55,680 nt of DNA from Candidatus Aminicenantales bacterium (GCA_049515535.1 JBEKTZ010000002.1:91787-147466); one strand, 5' to 3'; counted from the first letter of the stretch, positions 1-9,044 are shown. Notes: generated from the letters alone by a model not told the origin. Numbers and translations: made by a program.

Positions 1-76
1 CGAAACTGAGGATATAGACGGCCAGCATCACCAGAATAATGACTTTCGTTTTTTTCAAGAGTTGGAAGAATTTCAA
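1..76 (-). CDS. 5' part of a probable membrane/exported protein, truncated by the window edge
   Basis: TTG at 76 opens MKFFQLLKKTKVIILVMLAVYILSF..., a basic N-terminus followed by a hydrophobic stretch; frame stays open to position 1. Confidence 0.35.
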   Translation of the reverse strand, partial: MKFFQLLKKTKVIILVMLAVYILSF

Positions 77-400
77 ATGCCCGTTTCCATCATGGATTTG
101 AGGCCGCGCGCCCAGAGGGATTCCTGGTTCGGGAAAAGGTACTCGGCTCTCCCTTCTCTCTTCTTGAGTTCCTTCAAAATGTCCAGAAGTTCTGAGCTGA
201 TAGGGATGAACCTGGTCCTTCCGCTTTGAGTCCGCTCAACCCTGATTTGGCTTCTGCGAAAATCGACCTGGTCCCATTTCAGGCCCAATATCTCTCCCTT
301 TCTCATGTCGGTGTCAATGGCCACTTTAAGGAAATGGCCACTTTAAGGATAGGACGGAGGCGTTCTATGCTTGTCTCAAGGAGCTTCTTTTCCTCGTCCG
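73..400 (-). pseudogene. Tyrosine recombinase/phage integrase fragment, frameshifted
   Basis: DEEKKLLETSIERLRPILKVAI/DTDMRKGEILGLKWDQVDF...RTRFIPIS...YLFP matches integrase box I (TGMRxGEIxxLxW). Frame broken by a 17-bp duplication; N-terminal domain and HxLR/Tyr box absent. Confidence 0.8.
316..349. repeat. Perfect 17-bp tandem duplication AATGGCCACTTTAAGGA x2
   Basis: Copies at 316-332 and 333-349 read directly from sequence. Confidence 0.95.
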
Positions 401-434
401 GGCCGCGACAACTCATAACGCCCCCTTCTCAAGA

Positions 435-1406
435 TCACAGGTCTTCGGGAGCATAGATCATCCGCATATGAGCGGATCGCTCCACGAGACGCTTCACGCC
501 GTCGACCTTTTCCGTCCCGATCTTCAGGACGCCCGAGATATCCGCGACGCTGTGCTCCTTCTCGAATCCCAGAAGGATGAGATCTAAAACGTCGTAAGGG
601 AGGCCGATGGCATCCTCGTCATCGATGCCGGGAATGATATCTGGAGAGGGTGGTTTGGCGATGATATGGGGGGGGATCTGAAGATAGCGGGCAAGTTCCC
701 GGACCTGCGTCTTATATAGTGTGATCAAGGGCATGATGTCCGCGGCATCGTCACAACCGTGTTTGACAAAATAACCGATGAGCTTCTCGGTCTTATTGGC
801 CGCGCCGACAACGAGACGATTTTCCCTCTCGCCGTACAGATAGAGAAGCGCCATCCGCAAGCGGTGTTTGATCCGGTAGTAGGCATTTCGTTTTTTTAGG
901 ATCGTTTCGTATTTTTCGCTCCGGATACCCGCGAGCGACGCCGAAAATAGAGTCTCGCCCGTTCGCCGTTCGAAAATGCGATACCCCATCTTATTGAGAA
1001 AGCCTCTGATCCGGCGCATGAAGGGGATCTTGCTGAGCGGCACGAGATCGTAGACGTCCAACTCCCTGAGATAACGGGTCATGTCGATCAACCTGGCTTC
1101 GATGTTCAGGTTCTTGGCCAAGGCGAGGGCATCTTTAATATGATTCGCCTCCGAATCTTTCTCGGGCATCAAAAGAGCCACGGTTCGCTCGGCGCCGACC
1201 GCCCGCCGGCACAGTGCGGCCACGACGGCGGAATCAATTCCGCCGCTCAGCCCAAGGATGACGCCGTCGCGGTCCAGCTTTTCCATTTTATCTAAAATGA
1301 ACGCTTCCAGATGATGGCAGAGCTTTTCCGGCTCAAGGGCCATTTCCTTCTTCAGAACGTCAAGGAATAGCGTCTCGTTCATGTCGAAAAGGGTTTCTCC
1401 CTTCAT
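435..1406 (-). CDS. nadE: NH3-dependent NAD+ synthetase
   Basis: GLSGGIDSAV PP-loop, KHRLRM, NKTE..IGYFVKHG, LYKTQVRELARYL, KPPSPD; start could be 1383. Confidence 0.9.
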   Translation of the reverse strand: MKGETLFDMNETLFLDVLKKEMALEPEKLCHHLEAFILDKMEKLDRDGVILGLSGGIDSAVVAALCRRAVGAERTVALLMPEKDSEANHIKDALALAKNLNIEARLIDMTRYLRELDVYDLVPLSKIPFMRRIRGFLNKMGYRIFERRTGETLFSASLAGIRSEKYETILKKRNAYYRIKHRLRMALLYLYGERENRLVVGAANKTEKLIGYFVKHGCDDAADIMPLITLYKTQVRELARYLQIPPHIIAKPPSPDIIPGIDDEDAIGLPYDVLDLILLGFEKEHSVADISGVLKIGTEKVDGVKRLVERSAHMRMIYAPEDL

Positions 1407-1407
1407 T

Positions 1408-1554
1408 TTACTCCAGCCTTTTCCGGAAGCGGAGCGATCTGAGGACGATCGCCGCCAGGCCGAAGGCCAGCAGGATCAGCAGCTCCGGCCAGAGGACTGC
1501 CGGGCCGTTTCCTTTCAGAAGAATTTCCCGGAAGTTTCCTTTTTTTCGGCGCAC
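1408..1554 (-). pseudogene. 48-aa ORF consisting mostly of the C-terminal tail of an ABC-2 type permease (YbhR/YbhS-like)
   Basis: GTG 1554 with GGGAGG upstream; MRRKKGNFREILLKGNGPAVLWPELLILLAFGLAAIVLRSLRFRKRLE*; R.I.LKG.G...LWP...L..FG...RF.KRL is the typical ABC-2 permease end. Confidence 0.6.
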
Positions 1555-1948
1555 CGACTTTCCCTCCCGCTAAGCTCGGAATCGATACCGCCCATCACGA
1601 AATGAGGATAATCCCGTCCGCGGATTGATGTCAACAACACAAAAATGCCCGCTAGAGCAAATAGTTTTTTGACCCCTACAACAGCTTTTTTAAAACCTTA
1701 AATCACAAAAAAAACGCCACAAACGCCGAATTCAAAGCTGAGCTTATCGTTTCTAGCTGAATATTCTATTTTCTTCCTTGCCTCTTCTCTTTCGCGCAGA
1801 AATATCCTTCTTCGGCGATTCGAGAGCGGTTTCATACCATCGAAGCTCTTTTAAATTTCGATGACTTGGCTTAATTTGGCTATAAGGGGTGCAGCAAAGA
1901 AAATTTTGTAACTTATAATATGAAAAGAATATAAGAGCAAGAAGGGAG

Positions 1949-2022
1949 CGCGCCCGGAGGGATTTGAACCCCCGACCTATGGATTCGAAGTCCAGCGCTC
2001 TATCCAGCTGAGCTACGGGCGC
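1949..2022 (-). tRNA. tRNA-Arg (anticodon TCG), CCA not encoded
   Basis: GCGCCCG acceptor stem, TAGCTCAGCTGGATAGAGC D-arm, CT-TCG-AA anticodon loop, GGTTCAAATCC T-arm. Confidence 0.95.
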
Positions 2023-2140
2023 ACACGGCCCCGTATCTTAACTCATTGGGCTATTGATGTAAATCGGCGAGCTGAGAAACTTGACCGCATTGTGGGCCTT
2101 TGAAGAACGGCCCGAGTTTGGCCGGAAAATCCGAGGCTCT

Positions 2141-2944
2141 TCAGGGCTTCAGGCCGTATATTTTCGCGATGATCTTTTCGACGAGCTGATCGCTGAGAAA
2201 CCTCTTGGCGAAGACCATGAGCGGGGCTTTGCCTCCCGAGGCGTAAAAGGGGGCCGGATTTCGTTTCTTCATGATGGCCCATGTTTTTTTGGCGACGACG
2301 TCAGGCGCGCTGCCGCCGGCGATTTGGTCTCGCCTCGATTGGACGACGATCCGCAGGTTTTCCTGAAAAATGGAAGCGGGCGCCGCATAGATCTCCGGTT
2401 CGATCCCCGTGCGGATATGGCCGGGCTCGAGCATCACGACTTTAACGCCCAGGCTCTTCACTTCGTTCCTCAAGGACCAGGTGAATCCGGCCAGGGCAAA
2501 TTTCGAGGCTGAGTAGGCCGACTGAAACGGCACGGCGAATTTCCCGGTCATCGAGCCGACATTGATGATGAGTCCGCGCCGCCGCCGGGCCATATCGGAA
2601 AGGACGCATTGAATGAGCTTGATCTGGCCGAAGACGTTGGTTTCGAAGAGCGAACGGATCTTTTCAACGGGCGTGTCGGCCGCCGGCCAGACTTGGCTTT
2701 CCCCCGCATTGTTGATCAGGACATCGATCGGGCCGGCCGAAACGACGCAGGCCTCGATGGAGCGTTCGTCGCGGAGATCCAGGGGAAGATACGTCACGCC
2801 CTCGATTTTATCCGGAATGGCATCGGGTTGCCGGGAGGTCCCCATGACCGGACATCCCTTCCGGACGAGGAGCGCGGCGATGGCTTTACCGATGCCTTTG
2901 GAGGCCCCCGTTACGAGGACCCTCGGCGCGGTTGCGTCCGTCGT
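2141..2944 (-). CDS. SDR family oxidoreductase; candidate 3-keto long-chain-base (dehydrocapnine/KDS) reductase
   Basis: TGASKGIG, INNAG, YSASK, EPG motifs. Start set at ACG 2944, 7 nt after GGAG; the ORF-track extension to 3283 overlaps the upstream gene. Confidence 0.8.
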   Translation of the reverse strand, partial: TTDATAPRVLVTGASKGIGKAIAALLVRKGCPVMGTSRQPDAIPDKIEGVTYLPLDLRDERSIEACVVSAGPIDVLINNAGESQVWPAADTPVEKIRSLFETNVFGQIKLIQCVLSDMARRRRGLIINVGSMTGKFAVPFQSAYSASKFALAGFTWSLRNEVKSLGVKVVMLEPGHIRTGIEPEIYAAPASIFQENLRIVVQSRRDQIAGGSAPDVVAKKTWAIMKKRNPAPFYASGGKAPLMVFAKRFLSDQLVEKIIAKIYGLKP

Positions 2945-2946
2945 TT

Positions 2947-4194
2947 TTATTCTCCCTGATCCCGGGCCAACATCGCCTTGGCCGCCCCAAGATTGAGCTT
3001 GAGCTCGTCGCGGACCGTCTTGAACGCGGCGATGGTCCGCCGGATATCCTCGTCGGTGTGCGACGCTGTCGGGACCATCCGGAAGAGAAGGATGCCCTTG
3101 GGAACCACGGGATATATGACGCCGGTGATGAAGATCCCGAGATCGCGCAACGCTTTGATGATCGCCATCCCGAGGTTGATGTCGCCCGCGGGCACGTAGA
3201 CGGCGCAGAGCGGCGACGGAACGTCCCCGACCTCGTAGCCGAGGTCTCTCAGGCCGCTTTTGATCTTGTTCGCGTTGGCCCACATCCTCTGCCGCCGCGC
3301 GTCGTCGTGGGCGATGATGTCAAGCGCCTTGGAAAGCACTGCGACGTAAATCATCGGAAGGCTCTTGGCGAAGACCTGGGTCCGGGCGTTATATCGGATC
3401 CATTCGGCGACGGGCTTGGTCGTGGCCGACACGCCGCCGATCGCGGCAAAGGCCTTGGCGAACGTGCCGAAGTAAATGTCGAGCTTGTCGTGAACGCCGA
3501 AATACTCGCCGCTCCCGCGTCCTCCCGGGCCCATGACGCCGAAACCGTGGGCGTCGTCGATATAAATCCGCGCGCCGTATCGGTCTTTCAGCGCGCAAAT
3601 GGCCGGCAGGTCGGCGATATCTCCCTTCATCCCGAAGACGCCTTCGGTGACGATCAGGACCCCGCCCTTGCGGTCCTTGTTGACGTGTTTCAGATGCGAT
3701 TCGAGGCTGTTCATGTCGTTGTGCCGGTAGACGCGGAACTTCGCCTGGGAGACGAAGACCCCGTCGAGCATCGAAGCATGGGACAGCTTGTCGACGAGGA
3801 TCGTGTCGTTGGAGTCGACGAGCGAAGCGATCGTGCCGAGGACGCCGAGGTAGCCGTAATTGAACAGAACGGCGTCCTCTTTCTGGAGCCAATCGGCGAA
3901 TTTCTTTTCGAGGGCGATGTGATGCTCGGTGTTCCCGGTCATCATCCGGGCGCCCATGGGGGCGCTGGCGCCGTACGTCCGGGCCGCCTCTACGGACAGG
4001 GCTTTGAGCTCCTCGTTCTCGGCCAAGCCCAGATAATTGTTGATCGACCACTGAACGACTTTTTTCCCTTGAAATATCATTTCCCGGCCGGGGATCGGGT
4101 CCAGGATCGGTCGGCTGAAATAATGGTCGCCGCGAGCCCTGAACGGTCCGAAATATCCTCCGTCCGTCTGGCATTTGTCGAAAAGATCTATCAT
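2947..4194 (-). CDS. PLP-dependent alpha-oxoamine synthase, SulA/CapB (cysteate fatty-acyltransferase)-like
   Basis: WSINNYLGLA, PMGARMM, HAS, EGVFGMKGD, DDAHGFG, GTFAK (PLP Lys247), QVFAKSLP. Confidence 0.85.
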   Translation of the reverse strand: MIDLFDKCQTDGGYFGPFRARGDHYFSRPILDPIPGREMIFQGKKVVQWSINNYLGLAENEELKALSVEAARTYGASAPMGARMMTGNTEHHIALEKKFADWLQKEDAVLFNYGYLGVLGTIASLVDSNDTILVDKLSHASMLDGVFVSQAKFRVYRHNDMNSLESHLKHVNKDRKGGVLIVTEGVFGMKGDIADLPAICALKDRYGARIYIDDAHGFGVMGPGGRGSGEYFGVHDKLDIYFGTFAKAFAAIGGVSATTKPVAEWIRYNARTQVFAKSLPMIYVAVLSKALDIIAHDDARRQRMWANANKIKSGLRDLGYEVGDVPSPLCAVYVPAGDINLGMAIIKALRDLGIFITGVIYPVVPKGILLFRMVPTASHTDEDIRRTIAAFKTVRDELKLNLGAAKAMLARDQGE

Positions 4195-4239
4195 CTTGGC
4201 TCCGTTTTTTTTAAAAATGTTCGATTTCTACGATAACCT

Positions 4240-4268
4240 ATCATACCGACCTCGGACTCGAAAAGCAA
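4240..4268 (-). promoter_or_regulatory. sigma70-like promoter of the oxoamine synthase-SDR operon
   Basis: TTGCTT-17 nt-TATGAT on the minus strand. Confidence 0.5.
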
Positions 4269-4312
4269 GGTTTCATGAAATCCCCGTCTCCGAAAATATT
4301 CACGATTAAAGA

Positions 4313-4816
4313 TCACGAAAAGGCGGCCGGAATTTTCCTGAGAAGTCTTTTTTTATCGCGGATGGATTGAAGCAGATCCGCCGCCAGCCGGCGAAGCCCT
4401 TGCCCCTCGTAATCCGAGCTCACGACCGAGAGGCGTCGGCCGGCGATACGGCATTTGAGATTCTTCGTTTCCTTGGCGATCTTAATCCTGGGATTTTCCC
4501 GGGTGCGCTCCATATAAGTCACCTGAATCATCATCGTCTCCAAGCCGTCGACCGTCTGAATCAGGACGACGGCCTGCGTATCTTTGTTCGTATCGTCATC
4601 GTCCGGGGCCCCGATGAAGAATTCGCCCTTGACGAAATCCTCTCCGGGCCGGGCGCCCATCTCTCTGACCTCATCGAAAATCATTTTCAAGGCGGCGAGG
4701 TCATCGGCCTTTGTTTGAGAGTGAGCCAAAAGGCCAGACAAGAGAAAAGGAATCGAAAAAAGCGCCGCCGCGAGCGATCGGGGAAAACGCGAAGATTCAA
4801 TCCTTCCCTTATTCAT
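4313..4816 (-). CDS. Hypothetical exported protein
   Basis: Signal-peptide-like N-terminus; fills the gap between divergent genes; TTGTCC-17-TAAAAT upstream. Confidence 0.65.
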   Translation of the reverse strand: MNKGRIESSRFPRSLAAALFSIPFLLSGLLAHSQTKADDLAALKMIFDEVREMGARPGEDFVKGEFFIGAPDDDDTNKDTQAVVLIQTVDGLETMMIQVTYMERTRENPRIKIAKETKNLKCRIAGRRLSVVSSDYEGQGLRRLAADLLQSIRDKKRLLRKIPAAFS

Positions 4817-4975
4817 CCTTATTCCATTTCTATTTTATCTTGTCCCTCTCCACGGGACAAGAAAATATGTCGAGGATCGCGATCCTCTTCGGCCTCGATA
4901 AGATTTGACCCCCTCTTTTTTCCTGTGATATAAAAGGAAGCAATGTCTGAGAATAGATCTTCCAAGGAGGTCGGC

Positions 4976-7099
4976 ATGACGAAGGTTCGACGCTATTCCT
5001 TTATCGTCATTTTTCTTTTCATCCTGGCGCTCGCCGCGCCTGCGGCGCAGAAAGTCCCCATCGGCTTCGACGATTACCACGGCTATACGGGAGCCGTGAA
5101 ATACATCAAAGACGTGGCCGCAACCTACCCGAACATCACCGAGCTCATCGAGACCGGCAAAAGCGGGCTTGGCCGGCCGATCTATGTCCTCGTCATCTCG
5201 AACATGAAGACCGGCACGACGATCGACCGCTATGTCGAGCTTCGTCACATGCGCAACCTCGAGGTCACGGAGACTTTTCATCAGAAGCCCTATGAAGGCA
5301 AACCCGGCCAATGGATCGACGGCGGCATGCACGGCAACGAATATACCGGCGTCGAGGTCTGCCTCTACATCATCGACAAACTGGTCAGCGGTTATGGGCT
5401 CAATCCCGAGATCACGAACCTTGTCGACAACAAGACATTTTACGTCTGCCCCGTGGTCAACCCCGACGGCGTTTTCAACAGCGTCGAGCGCGAGATCTCC
5501 CAGCGCGGGAACGGCGACCTCGGCGCCGCCAAGGACGGACCGAAGGACCTCAACGGCGACGGCCACATCACCCAGTTCCGCTTCAAAGACCCGAGAGGCT
5601 CTTATGTCGTGGACGACAAGGATCCCCGCCTGATGATCCGCCTCACCGCGAATGAACAGACGACCAAACAGCGCTATACGGTCGTCACCGAGGGCCAGAA
5701 GCCCGCGGCGGGTGGGCCGCGAGGCGGCGATCCCGAAGCCGCCGGCGGCAGCATCGACGTTAACCGCAATTTCCCCGAGGGATGGTGGACGGAGGAGGGC
5801 ATGCCGGGCGGCACCGGCTTTTACCCGACCTCGTCTCCCGAAGCGCATGCCCTCGTGGAATTCGCGGTCGACCATCGCAATATCCTTATGGTCCAGAATT
5901 TCCACACATCGGGCGGATTCACGTATCGCGTGCCCGGGACCGCCCCGGACACCGCCATAGCGCCCAAAGACGTCGCCGTCTACGACCTCGTCCTGGGAAA
6001 GAAATACCTCGAGATCATCGGCGAAAAAGTGCCCGACGCCTGGCAGAAACCCGAACAAATGGCTGATTTCAAAGCCAAGCTGCGCGAGACATCGAAGAAT
6101 AAATTCGCGATCGAACGCGGATATGAGATGCCGCGCGGCTGGATCATGGGCTACAACGAGGAACGCGATCAGCGTTACGGCTACGGCATGGTCATCGACT
6201 GGTGGTATCAGCAATTCGGCGCCTATGCGGTGACGACCGAGCTCTGGAATCCCACCGCGGACATCCCGGGATTTCCCAAGAGCGCGGCCGCGTCCCCCGA
6301 CGCGCGCAACGAACAGGAGCGCGGCCTGCTCAAGGTCAACGACGAAAAATACGGCGGCCGGCTGTTCGTCAAATGGGCGCCGTTCAAGCATCCGGAGCTC
6401 GGGGACGGCGAGATCGGCGGATGGATTCCGAAATACCGCGGCAATGCGCTCCCCGGAGAGCCGCTGAAATATGTCTGCGAAAACCACTGGCAATTCGAGA
6501 TGTTCAGGGCCGGACTGCTCCCGGATATCGCCATCACGGAAGCCAAAGCCGACATCCTCTACACGACCGATAACGCCCGCGCGGCCGCGGCCGAAGTCCA
6601 GGGAGATCAGGTGACGATCAAAAAAGGCGCGTCGAAGGGAAAATATAAAATCGTCGAAGTCACGGCGACGATCGAGAACAGGGGCAAGCTGGCCACGCAC
6701 GTCGCCCGAGGCGCCCAGCTCAATGAAAATCGCGAAGACGTCGTTTGGCTCGTCGGAGATCGCGATAAAGTCAAGTTTCTCCAGGGCGGCGCCTATCAAA
6801 AACTCGGAGTCCTCGACGGAACGCTGAGGATTCCCGGCGTTTCAGGACAAGCCGGATCGCCATCCCCAGGTCAGCGGGGAGCGGGAGGAGGCGCTCCGCC
6901 CGCGGTGACGGCCCAGATGCCGGCCGGCTTGCCCGGAGGGCAGCGCGGCATGGGGGCCGTCCGGCCGCAACAGCCTCTCCAAATGGGCCCCCGCCGCGAA
7001 GTGAAATGGCTTATCGCCGTCGAAGGCGATACGCCGCTTAAAATCGTCTTCACTTCCGAAAAGGGCGGAACCGTCGTCAAGGACATCGCCGTCCGGTGA
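4976..7099 (+). CDS. Secreted M14 zinc carboxypeptidase
   Basis: AGGAGG then ATG 4976; signal peptide; HGNE, NPDG, DVNRNF, NFHT, TELW. Confidence 0.9.
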   Translation: MTKVRRYSFIVIFLFILALAAPAAQKVPIGFDDYHGYTGAVKYIKDVAATYPNITELIETGKSGLGRPIYVLVISNMKTGTTIDRYVELRHMRNLEVTETFHQKPYEGKPGQWIDGGMHGNEYTGVEVCLYIIDKLVSGYGLNPEITNLVDNKTFYVCPVVNPDGVFNSVEREISQRGNGDLGAAKDGPKDLNGDGHITQFRFKDPRGSYVVDDKDPRLMIRLTANEQTTKQRYTVVTEGQKPAAGGPRGGDPEAAGGSIDVNRNFPEGWWTEEGMPGGTGFYPTSSPEAHALVEFAVDHRNILMVQNFHTSGGFTYRVPGTAPDTAIAPKDVAVYDLVLGKKYLEIIGEKVPDAWQKPEQMADFKAKLRETSKNKFAIERGYEMPRGWIMGYNEERDQRYGYGMVIDWWYQQFGAYAVTTELWNPTADIPGFPKSAAASPDARNEQERGLLKVNDEKYGGRLFVKWAPFKHPELGDGEIGGWIPKYRGNALPGEPLKYVCENHWQFEMFRAGLLPDIAITEAKADILYTTDNARAAAAEVQGDQVTIKKGASKGKYKIVEVTATIENRGKLATHVARGAQLNENREDVVWLVGDRDKVKFLQGGAYQKLGVLDGTLRIPGVSGQAGSPSPGQRGAGGGAPPAVTAQMPAGLPGGQRGMGAVRPQQPLQMGPRREVKWLIAVEGDTPLKIVFTSEKGGTVVKDIAVR

Positions 7100-7110
7100 A
7101 GGAGAAAGCC

Positions 7111-9006
7111 ATGAAGAAAAACCATACCCATAAAGCCAAGATTTTCAGCATCGCCTTCCTCCTTCTCTTTTCTTTGATTCTCCTCCCCGCCCCCACATCC
7201 CCATCTTCTCCCCAAACGAAGCTCCAAAACTCCCCGGGGGGCTACCACGGCGAGATGGACTTCCCCATTTCGTGGAAGCACTATTACGCCTATGACGAAT
7301 GGACCAAAATCATGCGCGACCTGCAGGCGAAATATCCTCAGCTCTGCGATATCCGGAGCATAGGAAAAAGCCGGCAGGGCCGCGACCAGCTTCTTTTGAC
7401 CATCACCGCCAAATCGACGGGAAAACCCGAAACCAAAACGGCTATGTGGCTGGACGGCGCGATCCACGGCAACGAAATCAACGGCATCACCTGCGCGCTC
7501 TACACGGCCTGGTACCTGTTGTCCCGCTATGATTACGATCCTTACGTCAACGGTCTCGTCAACGGGACAACGTTCTACATTCTTCCCGGCCTGAATGTGG
7601 ACGGCAACGATTCCTACGTCCGCTTCCCCAATACCGCCAACAATCCTCGTGAGCCGTTCCGCCGCAGCGATGACGACGGCGACGGCCTTTTCGATGAAGA
7701 CCAGACCGAGGACGTGGACGGCGACGGCGAAATCTCGATGATGTACGTCGAGGATCCGCTGGGCGATTTGAAGCTCTCGCCCGACAAGCGCCGTTTCGTC
7801 CAGGTCGAAGACCCGCGCGAGGACGTCCGGCGGTTCCGCCGCATCGGCATGGAAGGTTACGATAATGACGGTGACGGACGGATCAATGAAGACGATCTGG
7901 GCGGACCCGACCCGAACCGGAATTTCCCCTTTGATTGGAATTTGCGGGACGGCGCTCCCTATCCCATGAGCGAGCCGGAGACGCGCAATGTCTTCGAATT
8001 CTGGCTCGCCCACCCGAACATCTTCGCCTCGTTCCATTTCCACAATACGGGAAAGCTGCTCATGTTCTCGGCCCCCCCGGCCGCCCGAGGCACGACGATG
8101 ACGCCCGAGCAGCAACGCCAGATGCAGGAGCGAAACGCGCTGCGTCTGGAAGAGATGCGCAAGACGAATCAGTATGCCCAGCTTTTCGATCGCGTCGTGG
8201 ATCGGAATTACCAGGGCGACATGGACGCCTTGACCGAAATGATGACGATGGGCGCCCGCATCACGAAGGATTACCGGCCGACGATCAGCGGGATGGTCGG
8301 GCAGGCCCAGGCGGCTTCCTATTACATGCTGGGAGCCTACGCCTGCTTGATCGAGCTGTGGGGCTCGCCGGTCGCCGAGGCGGACGAAAACAAGGACGGC
8401 CGGGTCTCCGATGAGGAATTCATGAAATGGATCGACATCGAGCTCGGCGGCGAAGGCTGGATCAACCCTCACCCGTTCCATCATCCGGATCTCGGCGATA
8501 TCTGGATCGGAGGAACGGCCAAGAAACACGTTACCCGTACGCCGCCGGCGCGATATATGGAAGGGGAAGCGCTCCGGATCGCGCAGTTCGTCCTGTACAG
8601 CGCCAGCCAGTTTCCGAAAGTGGAGATTGAGAGAGTCCGGGTGAAACCGGCGACGGATAATCTCGTCTGGGTCGAAGTGACGGTCAAGAACGGAAGCGTC
8701 TATCCGACGAGCTCGGACCGGATGGTCCAGTTGAAGAAAGACGTGAAGGACAAGCTGACGATCGCCACGTCCGGGAATGTCAAACTCATCGACGTCCCCG
8801 AAGGCCAGACGGTCCTCGATCCATTGAACCCCGCCGAGCGCCTCCAAACGCCCAAAGGCAAAACGGCCGAATTCCGTCTCGGCGGAAAACAATCACAAAC
8901 GTTCGCCTATTTGTTGAAGATGGACGGGAGCGAAGGGTGGGTGGAATTCGAGGTGAATTCGAAGTTCGGAGGAACGGCCAAGAAGCACATCACCTTCAAA
9001 TCATGA
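7111..9006 (+). CDS. Secreted M14 zinc carboxypeptidase (paralog) with DxDxDG Ca-binding loops
   Basis: AAGGAG then ATG 7111; HGNE, NVDG, DPNRNF, FHN, IELW; DDDGDG, DVDGDG, DNDGDG, DENKDG. Confidence 0.9.
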   Translation: MKKNHTHKAKIFSIAFLLLFSLILLPAPTSPSSPQTKLQNSPGGYHGEMDFPISWKHYYAYDEWTKIMRDLQAKYPQLCDIRSIGKSRQGRDQLLLTITAKSTGKPETKTAMWLDGAIHGNEINGITCALYTAWYLLSRYDYDPYVNGLVNGTTFYILPGLNVDGNDSYVRFPNTANNPREPFRRSDDDGDGLFDEDQTEDVDGDGEISMMYVEDPLGDLKLSPDKRRFVQVEDPREDVRRFRRIGMEGYDNDGDGRINEDDLGGPDPNRNFPFDWNLRDGAPYPMSEPETRNVFEFWLAHPNIFASFHFHNTGKLLMFSAPPAARGTTMTPEQQRQMQERNALRLEEMRKTNQYAQLFDRVVDRNYQGDMDALTEMMTMGARITKDYRPTISGMVGQAQAASYYMLGAYACLIELWGSPVAEADENKDGRVSDEEFMKWIDIELGGEGWINPHPFHHPDLGDIWIGGTAKKHVTRTPPARYMEGEALRIAQFVLYSASQFPKVEIERVRVKPATDNLVWVEVTVKNGSVYPTSSDRMVQLKKDVKDKLTIATSGNVKLIDVPEGQTVLDPLNPAERLQTPKGKTAEFRLGGKQSQTFAYLLKMDGSEGWVEFEVNSKFGGTAKKHITFKS

Positions 9007-9044
9007 ACCGGGAGGCGGGCCGCACCTTCACCAGTTCAGTGGCC

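Noticed and set aside
2947..4194. Calling the oxoamine synthase bioF, kbl or spt
   Set aside because: No bio or tdh genes nearby, and the AKSL loop and N-terminus fit SulA/CapB better; symbol left empty
4835..8892. Long antisense ORFs (654 and 673 aa) opposite the M14 genes; similar ones at 2932-4236, 15038-16735, 34742-36832, 43808-45640 and 49332-50642
   Set aside because: Shadow frames of GC-biased genes with no motifs; the opposite strand carries clear families
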